Assembly: GCA_043771685.1 (NCBI GenBank)
Contig: JAYVGX010000034.1
Location: 11,690 to 75,689 of the forward strand
Source of the DNA: Minisyncoccota bacterium
Lineage (GTDB): Bacteria; Patescibacteriota; Minisyncoccia; Phycocordibacterales; UBA9973
Direction: 5' to 3'
DNA length: 64,000 nt
The notes under the pieces are model-generated. The model had not been told where the DNA came from, made no database searches, and saw nothing but the letters and a program-made list of their open reading frames with translations. The translations under genes were made by a program, and so were the position numbers. Positions 57,839 to 64,000 of the stretch are shown piece by piece (within the stretch, counting starts at the first letter, position 1; the number at the start of each line of letters is the position of its first letter).

Positions 57839-57876
57839 GTACTTTAGTTGACTAAAGTACTTTACTTTGCTAAAGT
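57839..57876. promoter_or_regulatory. Operator-like palindrome GTACTTTAGTTGACTAAAGTAC plus an adjacent half-palindrome ACTTTGCTAAAGT, upstream of and overlapping the yerC-like gene start.
   Basis: 10-2-10 inverted repeat at 57839-57860, closely resembling the E. coli TrpR operator GTACTAGTTAACTAGTAC. A second partial copy lies at 57864-57876. Confidence 0.55.
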
Positions 57877-57884
57877 GGTTATAT

Positions 57885-58244
57885 ATGAAATTTGATTGGG
57901 ATACAAAAGAAAATAAACAATTTTTAAATGCAATACTTTCACTTGAAAACAAGACTGAAGCCAAGTCTTTTCTTCGCGACCTCATGACCGAAGGCGAGAT
58001 AGTTGAATTTGGCAAAAGACTCGAGGCCGCTCGCCTACTCTCTAATGATACACAGTACGCTCTGATCATAGAGCGTACTGGTCTTTCCTCTACAACTATC
58101 GCCCGCATTTCTAAATGGCTCAGAGGCTCTCTTGGTGGTTACCGCATGATCCTTTCTCGTACCAACAATCTTAAAAATGAAATAAATAACAAGCATCATA
58201 ACAATCCTTCAAAAATTCAGAGAGGATTGCCTTTGACGCGTTAA
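57885..58244 (+). CDS. TrpR-like YerC/YecD family DNA-binding protein.
   Basis: GLSSTTIARISKWLRGSLGGY matches the YerC/YecD (Trp-repressor-related) HTH. The tracked ORF begins at an upstream TTG (57867); ATG 57885 is preferred. Confidence 0.65.
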   Translation: MKFDWDTKENKQFLNAILSLENKTEAKSFLRDLMTEGEIVEFGKRLEAARLLSNDTQYALIIERTGLSSTTIARISKWLRGSLGGYRMILSRTNNLKNEINNKHHNNPSKIQRGLPLTR

Positions 58245-58265
58245 TATTAAAACGTATTCGAATAT

Positions 58266-58297
58266 AACCCCTTCTGAATTTACAGAAGGGGTTTTTA
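58266..58297 (+). terminator. Rho-independent terminator after the yerC-like gene.
   Basis: CCCTTCTG-loop-CAGAAGGG followed by GTTTTT. Confidence 0.65.
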
Positions 58298-58322
58298 ATT
58301 ATTAAAATTAATTTAGAAAAAT

Positions 58323-58874
58323 ATGAAAACAAATAAAAAGTTACAAATAGCAATCATAGGTTCAGCTGGTAAAGACGACTATTTTGGAAATAATGGTGGT
58401 TCAGATAGTCTAATGGAAAAATTAGCAGAAGAAATAGGTTTTTTATTAGCACAAAAAAACATAATAGTTGTTACTGGTGGTAAAAGTGGAATTATGAATT
58501 TTGCCTCCTTGGGTGCTAAAAAAGGAGGTGGAACAACTATCGGCGTTATAAAGGGTAAAAACAGATTTACATCAAATGAATATACTGATGTTGAAGTAAT
58601 CTCTGGGATGGAAGCAGATGGTTTGGATGAAGTGCTTATTTCTTTTATGAGTGATGGATGCATCGTTATAGGTGGTGGAGCAGGTACGCTTCAAGAAGTA
58701 GCTTTGTTTTACAGAAACAACAAACCAATAGTAGTTTTAGGAGGAAGCGGTGCTTGGGCAGATAAATTAAGTGAAATAGATTTTTTAGATGAAAGGAAAA
58801 GAATAAAAATAATAACAGCTTTAAATGCAGAGGATTCTGTAGATAAAATAATAGAAAGTATAAATTTATGTTAA
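58323..58874 (+). CDS. LOG-family (TIGR00725/SLOG-type) Rossmann protein, predicted nucleotide N-glycosidase/nucleotide-binding.
   Basis: VTGGKSGIMNFASLGAKKGGGTTIGV and IGGGAGTLQEVAL correspond to the LOG GGGxGxM and PGGxGTxxE motifs. Confidence 0.7.
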   Translation: MKTNKKLQIAIIGSAGKDDYFGNNGGSDSLMEKLAEEIGFLLAQKNIIVVTGGKSGIMNFASLGAKKGGGTTIGVIKGKNRFTSNEYTDVEVISGMEADGLDEVLISFMSDGCIVIGGGAGTLQEVALFYRNNKPIVVLGGSGAWADKLSEIDFLDERKRIKIITALNAEDSVDKIIESINLC

Positions 58875-59011
58875 AAAATTATTTAAATAAAAATAATAAC
58901 CATAGTAACTCATTTTTCTTAAAAGAAATTGGGGTGTATTTAATATTTTAATGTAAATCAATTTCTTTTTGGAAAATCCAGAAAGTAATTGTACATTAAA
59001 AAATAAATAAA

Positions 59012-59704
59012 ATGGAATTTGAAAATCAAATATCAAATGCGGATCTAGTTTTAATTATTGATGAATCTCTTTCTAAAGAAGAAATAGACTATTTAGAAAA
59101 AATTGAAACAAAAAATGAAGGCATAATTAAATGTTTAGTTTTTGACAAAATGGTAAGTAAATTAGAAACATTACTTATATCTGACCTACTTTTACATAAC
59201 TTTAATCCAAAAAATACTTTGCTTGTTTATCCAGGAAATGGAGGTAAGGATATTATGGATAAGTTAGATTTAAGTTACACCCATCCTTCAACAAATGTAC
59301 CAGCAAAAAGATTGTGGCAACCAGGACAAGACCCTGTAGTTTGTACATGGGAAGTTTTACCAGAAAGACATATATTAACAAATATTGAAACTGTAGTAGT
59401 TATTGATGATGTTATAAGTTCTGGTAAAACAATAGAGCAATTGTATGTACGCAATATTTGGAAATTTCCAAAAGCAAAGTGGCATGCTTTATCTTTAGTC
59501 GGTAGACCCAAAAAAATAAAAGGATATGATTATCTGTATACCTTAAATTTAATTACAAATAGTAAATGCCCTGAGAAGAAAATTCCTATAAATTCAATAT
59601 CAACTTTTATAGAGGATAAGAAAATTTGTATAGATTATGCATTAAGAAATATTAAAAATCCTAATATTTTTATTGATTTTTTTGATTCTTTAAAAGACCA
59701 TTAA
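59012..59704 (+). CDS. Type I phosphoribosyltransferase-domain protein with a ~110-aa N-terminal extension.
   Basis: PRPP-binding loop VVVIDDVISSGKT. Confidence 0.6.
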   Translation: MEFENQISNADLVLIIDESLSKEEIDYLEKIETKNEGIIKCLVFDKMVSKLETLLISDLLLHNFNPKNTLLVYPGNGGKDIMDKLDLSYTHPSTNVPAKRLWQPGQDPVVCTWEVLPERHILTNIETVVVIDDVISSGKTIEQLYVRNIWKFPKAKWHALSLVGRPKKIKGYDYLYTLNLITNSKCPEKKIPINSISTFIEDKKICIDYALRNIKNPNIFIDFFDSLKDH

Positions 59705-59711
59705 CAAAAAA

Positions 59712-59750
59712 AATCCCTCTCAATATATTGAGAGGGATTTTATTATTTTT
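59712..59750 (+). terminator. Bidirectional rho-independent terminator.
   Basis: TCCCTCTCAAT-AT-ATTGAGAGGGA stem followed by TTTTATTATTTTTTT. Confidence 0.7.
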
Positions 59751-59760
59751 TTATAAAAAA

Positions 59761-59788
59761 TTAGTACTTTAGTTAACTAAAGTACTAA
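59761..59788. promoter_or_regulatory. Second copy of the TrpR-operator-like palindrome: a 28-bp perfect palindrome TTAGTACTTTAGTTAACTAAAGTACTAA.
   Basis: Core GTACTTTAGTTAACTAAAGTAC is identical to the 57839-57860 site except for the central dinucleotide. Confidence 0.5.
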
Positions 59789-59834
59789 GTAAAAAATAGC
59801 TGTATTTAAAATAAAGCAGGCTTGTCAAGTAGAA

Positions 59835-60287
59835 TTAAGCTTTTATTTTCAAAGCTAATTTAGCTAAAGTTTCATCATCGGCGCGTTTGTAGTCATGAGA
59901 GGAAATATAACCTTTGTATTGGTCAAAGTAGAGATCTGGACCACCACTGTGAATACGCCATTCTTCACCTTTTGTACCGTGCATTGGAAAAAGCTTGGCG
60001 TGGGCATGATTAACTCCAAAGCCTTCAAATATCATACCTGTACGTCCTACATCGTCTAGTTTATCGTCTAGTAACTTCCCTACTTTTTTAGCAACTATTA
60101 CTAAATCTGTTAATACTTTGTCGTCTAAATCAAAGGCGTAACTGTCATAATGTTTTTTGGGTATAACCACAGAAAAACCTTCGGTATTCGGAAAGATAGA
60201 AAGAAAAGCCAGATGATTTTCATCTTCGTATATTTTGTGGCTTGGCGCCTCCCCTTTTACAATTTTACAAAAAATGCAATCGTCCAT
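59835..60287 (-). CDS. HIT-family (histidine-triad) nucleotide hydrolase/transferase.
   Basis: N-terminus CIFCKIV...NHLAFLSIFPNTEGFSVVIPKKH and His-motif region GVNHAHAKLFP. Confidence 0.65.
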   Translation of the reverse strand: MDDCIFCKIVKGEAPSHKIYEDENHLAFLSIFPNTEGFSVVIPKKHYDSYAFDLDDKVLTDLVIVAKKVGKLLDDKLDDVGRTGMIFEGFGVNHAHAKLFPMHGTKGEEWRIHSGGPDLYFDQYKGYISSHDYKRADDETLAKLALKIKA

Positions 60288-60297
60288 AAAATTTAAA

Positions 60298-61686
60298 CTA
60301 TTTTTTGACTTGAATATTTAATTCTTGTAATTGAACATTTGTCATTGCACTCGGTGCTCCCATCATGAGATCACGCCCTTCACCTGTTTTTGGAAAAGCT
60401 ATAACTTCACGAATATTTGGTTCATTTTCTAGTAACATAACTATGCGATCTACTCCGACAGCACAACCACCGTGAGGAGGTGCACCGAACTCAAATGCAT
60501 GAAGCATATGTCCGAAACGAGCTTCAATCATTTCTTTTTCCATGCCTAGTATTTCAAATATTTTATTCTGTAAATCTCTTTGATGAATACGAATAGAACC
60601 ACCCCCGAGTTCATAACCGTTTAGCACTATGTCGTATGCATTCGCGCGCGCAGACAATGGGTCTGATTCTAGTAAATGTGCGTCCTCTGTTTTAGGAGAA
60701 GTAAATGGGTGATGAACTGCTTGGATGATACCATCTTTGGTTTTTTCAAACATAGGAAAGTCGACAACCCAACAGAAAGCAAGTAAATCTGGGTCTTCTT
60801 TATCATTACGTAAGTCTGGTTTCTCGTTGCCGTATTTTTCCATTGACTCAGCATAAGTTAAACGAGGGAAAGGAATCTCTTGGATTTTTTTATTTGGATA
60901 AACATTTTGCACCATTTCGATAAAAATCTTTTCTGTGTAAGCAATAATGTCTTCTTGTTCTATAAATGACATCTCGTAGTCAAGTTGTGTAAACTCTGGT
61001 TGGCGATCACCTCTTGTGTCTTCGTCACGCATACAACGAGCAATTTGAAAATACTTTTCGAAACCAGCAACCATCGCCAATTGTTTGAATTGTTGTGGTG
61101 ATTGAGGTAAGACATAGAAATTGCCAGGCTCGATACGTGAAGGTATAACATACTCACGAGAGCCTTCTGGTGTACCTTTTGTCATCATCGGTGTTTCGAT
61201 TTCGACAAAGTCACTGTCGTGCATGTAACTGCGGAAAAAAGTTATGATTTTATCACGCATACGGATATTTTTCTGTAGACGTTCTGAACGTAAATCCAAG
61301 TAACGGTATTTCATACGGATGTCTTCGCCAACTTCACGTGTATCAGTGTCTATTGGAAAAGGCATTGTTTCGGCTTTATTTAATACCTCTATCCCCGTTA
61401 TTTCCATCTCTATATCTCCATTGAGAACTCCTACTTTTATATTTCTTTCTGGGCGAGCATTTACTATGCCTGTGACTTTTAGCACCCACTCTGTGCGGAC
61501 TTCTTTAACTTGTTCTATTGCTTCCGTATGATTTGGAAGTACAACACCTTGAACCTTGCCAGTCATGTCGCGTATATCCATAAAAACCATCTTGCCTTGA
61601 TCGCGACGTACATCTACCCAACCACAAACAAAAACCTCTTCCCCAGCATGTTTATTCAAATCTTTAATATAAATTCTGTTTTTCAT
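60298..61686 (-). CDS. aspS: Aspartate--tRNA ligase, short archaeal/eukaryote-like type (462 aa).
   Basis: OB-fold N-domain, flipping-loop [11 protein letters not shown], motif 2 [24 protein letters not shown], motif 3 GGCAVGVDR. Confidence 0.85.
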   Translation of the reverse strand: MKNRIYIKDLNKHAGEEVFVCGWVDVRRDQGKMVFMDIRDMTGKVQGVVLPNHTEAIEQVKEVRTEWVLKVTGIVNARPERNIKVGVLNGDIEMEITGIEVLNKAETMPFPIDTDTREVGEDIRMKYRYLDLRSERLQKNIRMRDKIITFFRSYMHDSDFVEIETPMMTKGTPEGSREYVIPSRIEPGNFYVLPQSPQQFKQLAMVAGFEKYFQIARCMRDEDTRGDRQPEFTQLDYEMSFIEQEDIIAYTEKIFIEMVQNVYPNKKIQEIPFPRLTYAESMEKYGNEKPDLRNDKEDPDLLAFCWVVDFPMFEKTKDGIIQAVHHPFTSPKTEDAHLLESDPLSARANAYDIVLNGYELGGGSIRIHQRDLQNKIFEILGMEKEMIEARFGHMLHAFEFGAPPHGGCAVGVDRIVMLLENEPNIREVIAFPKTGEGRDLMMGAPSAMTNVQLQELNIQVKK

Positions 61687-61725
61687 AAAATATTTTTTAA
61701 CTCGCGATAATACGGAGTAAGTTAA

Positions 61726-61938
61726 TTAATGTACAAGTTTCCCTAAAATTTCACACGGCTGTCCTATAATAAAACATAAAACTACAAGTATCCAATAAAA
61801 AGGAGCGAATGCATAAAACAATATCGGGTCTTTGTGTCGCAACGGTATGTACCATGCATGAACTTTCATATAGAGCATACTCAAAGGAATATTGATGATA
61901 TTTAGTATTATTAATAAAATCGAAGCTATGTATTTCAT
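61726..61938 (-). CDS. Hypothetical small two-TM membrane protein (70 aa).
   Basis: ORF with two hydrophobic helices; no family recognised. Confidence 0.25.
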   Translation of the reverse strand: MKYIASILLIILNIINIPLSMLYMKVHAWYIPLRHKDPILFYAFAPFYWILVVLCFIIGQPCEILGKLVH

Positions 61939-61943
61939 ATATT

Positions 61944-62999
61944 TTAAAAATAATTAATTTTTAATGCTTCTCTTACTTGTAACATTGTTTTCTCTGCATG
62001 AATACGAGCTTGTTTTGTACCATCTTCTAAAATTCTCATAACAGCATCTTTGTCTTTCTCTAATTCTTGTCTTTTATTACGAATCGGAGAAATAATATTT
62101 TCTAAAACTTCTATTAATCTCTTTTTGATCACAACATCACCGAGACCGCCTTTTTTATAATCTTGTTTCAACTTTTCTATCTCTTCTTTATTTTCATCAA
62201 AAATATCTAAATAAGTAAATACAACGTTGCCTTCAACTCTCCCAGGGTCATCTACATGAATATGATTTGGATCAGTGTACATAGACATAACTTTATCTTT
62301 TATTTCTTCATAACTATCTGAAAGATAAATGGCATTGTTTAGGGACTTACTCATTTTAGCATTACCATCAACTCCTACGAGACGTGGCGTATCACCAACG
62401 ACACCATTTATTTTTGGAAAAATATTTACATTATATATAGAGTTAAATTTCTTTACTATATCGTTTGCTTGTTCTATCACAGGCATCTGGTCTATCCCTA
62501 CTGGTACAGTGTTGGCACAACAGAACAAAATATCGGCAGCTTGCGAAATTGGATAATTTAAAAATCCCATAGGTATTCCTTTTTCAATACTATCTTCACT
62601 TTCATTTTCTTCTAAACGAGAATTTAAATTGAACCCTTTTTCCTTTGCTTCTGTTTTAATAGTCGGATTATGAGAGAGCTGTTGTAGAGTAACCAAGTTC
62701 ATGAATAGAACTGTCAGTTCTGCAATTTGTGGAACTTCACTTTGGATAAACATCGTAGTTTTTTTAGGATCAACACCACAAGCCAGATTATCGAGTACTA
62801 CTTCCAAAACATTGTCACGGATTTTTTGTGGGTTATTGGCATTGTCAGTGAGTCCTTGGATGTCAGCGATCATATAAAAAGATTTTGAAGCTTGATCTTG
62901 AAGTTTGATACGGTTACCGATTGAACCAACAAAATGACCCAAGTGGAGCCTGCCAGTTGGTCTGTCGCCTGTTAATACTATAGTTTCTTGATTTGACAT
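61944..62999 (-). CDS. trpS: Tryptophan--tRNA ligase.
   Basis: LTGDRPTGRLHLGHFVGS (HIGH-type), KMSKS (AKMSKSLNN); size and spacing fit TrpRS rather than TyrRS. The start is chosen at MSNQE. Confidence 0.7.
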   Translation of the reverse strand: MSNQETIVLTGDRPTGRLHLGHFVGSIGNRIKLQDQASKSFYMIADIQGLTDNANNPQKIRDNVLEVVLDNLACGVDPKKTTMFIQSEVPQIAELTVLFMNLVTLQQLSHNPTIKTEAKEKGFNLNSRLEENESEDSIEKGIPMGFLNYPISQAADILFCCANTVPVGIDQMPVIEQANDIVKKFNSIYNVNIFPKINGVVGDTPRLVGVDGNAKMSKSLNNAIYLSDSYEEIKDKVMSMYTDPNHIHVDDPGRVEGNVVFTYLDIFDENKEEIEKLKQDYKKGGLGDVVIKKRLIEVLENIISPIRNKRQELEKDKDAVMRILEDGTKQARIHAEKTMLQVREALKINYF

Positions 63000-63099
63000 A
63001 CTTTTATAATACCAAAAAATTAGACTTTTGCACATATTACCAACAGTTTTGTCCTCTTTGCAATATAGGCAATATTTTTCTACGTGCTACAATAAAAAA

Positions 63100-64000
63100 A
63101 TGTCAGACAAAAAACTACACATTCGTATACCACCACAAAGCCTCGATTCAGAGAAAGCTGTTCTTGGTTCTATCATGCTACGCCCAGGAGCGCTACACGA
63201 GATCAACGACATAATAAGTTCTGATTCTTTTTATGCAACAAAACACGGAGACATCTACACTGCGATGGTGGAGTTATCTAGTCGTGGTGAACCTATAGAT
63301 ATTTTGTCCGTTTCAAATAAACTCACACTACAAGGCAAGCTCGATGCTATCGGTGGTGCAAGTTATTTAGGCGAATTAACAAACAGTGTTCCTGCCTCAA
63401 CAAATATAAAATACTACGCTGACTTGGTTATCAAAAAACATTTACTTAGAAAGATTGTTGATGCAGGGACAGATATTTCTGAACTTGGTTTCCGTGAAGA
63501 TATCGAAGACGTTTTTGAAGTCCTCGACCAAGCAGAAAAAAGAATGATGGGTATAAATAGCAATATGTCAGGGCATGCTTTTACATCATTGAAACAAAGT
63601 TTACCTGAAGCTTATGATCGTCTAGAAAAACTTCACGAAAAGAAAGGTGAACTTCGTGGTGTCCCAACTGGTTTCAAAGACCTCGATGCTTATTTATCTG
63701 GATTGCAAAAATCTGATTTGATTATTCTAGCTGCTCGTCCGTCTATGGGTAAGACAACACTGGCTCTCGACATCGCTCGTCAAGCAGCACTCACAAATGG
63801 AACACCAACTGTTATATTTTCTCTCGAAATGAGTACACAGCAACTAGTAGACAGATTGCTCGCTGCTCAATCAAAAGTAAATGCATGGTCACTTCGTACT
63901 GGAAACTTGCATTCAGAAAACGAATTTGCAAAGATACGTGACTCACTAGATAGTTTAGCGAAAGCTCCAATCTTCATAGACGATATGGCTGGTAACTCTA
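63100..64000 (+). CDS. dnaB: Replicative DNA helicase DnaB. N-terminal ~300 aa; continues past the window end.
   Basis: LDSEKAVLGSIMLRPGALHEI (DnaB N-domain), Walker A ILAARPSMGKTTLALDIA, and FSLEMS. Confidence 0.9.
   Translation, partial: MSDKKLHIRIPPQSLDSEKAVLGSIMLRPGALHEINDIISSDSFYATKHGDIYTAMVELSSRGEPIDILSVSNKLTLQGKLDAIGGASYLGELTNSVPASTNIKYYADLVIKKHLLRKIVDAGTDISELGFREDIEDVFEVLDQAEKRMMGINSNMSGHAFTSLKQSLPEAYDRLEKLHEKKGELRGVPTGFKDLDAYLSGLQKSDLIILAARPSMGKTTLALDIARQAALTNGTPTVIFSLEMSTQQLVDRLLAAQSKVNAWSLRTGNLHSENEFAKIRDSLDSLAKAPIFIDDMAGNS

Noticed and set aside
57794-58108. Minus-strand 104-aa ORF opposite the yerC-like gene.
   Set aside because: It is antisense to a gene with a strong family signature and has an Arg/Ser-rich low-complexity translation typical of antisense frames.

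Overview
AT-rich (~32-35% GC) bacterial window that uses the standard genetic code: TGA terminates the long intact ORFs. Small, tightly packed genes and an informational/cell-envelope gene set (ValRS, LeuRS, HisRS, GluRS, AspRS, TrpRS, TsaD, TsaC, LepA, YchF, DnaB, MurE, MraY, MurG, FtsW, MurJ, ScpAB) suggest a reduced genome, possibly Patescibacteria/CPR-like; this is inference only. Almost all genes are on the minus strand. Two tRNAs are present: Phe-GAA and Arg-CCU. Both sit in a hotspot of degenerate tRNA-derived repeats with a small HTH/LAGLIDADG-like gene next to it. The most unusual region is a ~10.5 kb type I restriction-modification island (34.8-45.3 kb). It carries hsdM, a RhuM gene, an unknown 298-aa ORF, hsdS, a 2-TM ORF in the PrrC-like slot that is frameshifted at an A7 tract, hsdR, a ClpS-like adaptor directly after hsdR, and a RhuM-Fic/Doc fusion. 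It is the best candidate for an undescribed defense or abortive-infection module. Other points: GC-rich palindromic elements inserted in-frame in tsaD and in the leuS N-terminus (similar to Rickettsia palindromic elements); a yerC(TrpR-like)-LOG-PRTase cassette bracketed by near-consensus trp-operator palindromes; an operon of a choline-kinase-like protein, a glycosyltransferase, a NUDIX hydrolase and a nucleotidyltransferase; a membrane-anchored CcdA-MsrA-MsrB fusion with a thioredoxin partner; and a decaying accessory patch (IS relic plus homopolymer-frameshifted HAD and VanX-like genes). No CRISPR array was seen.
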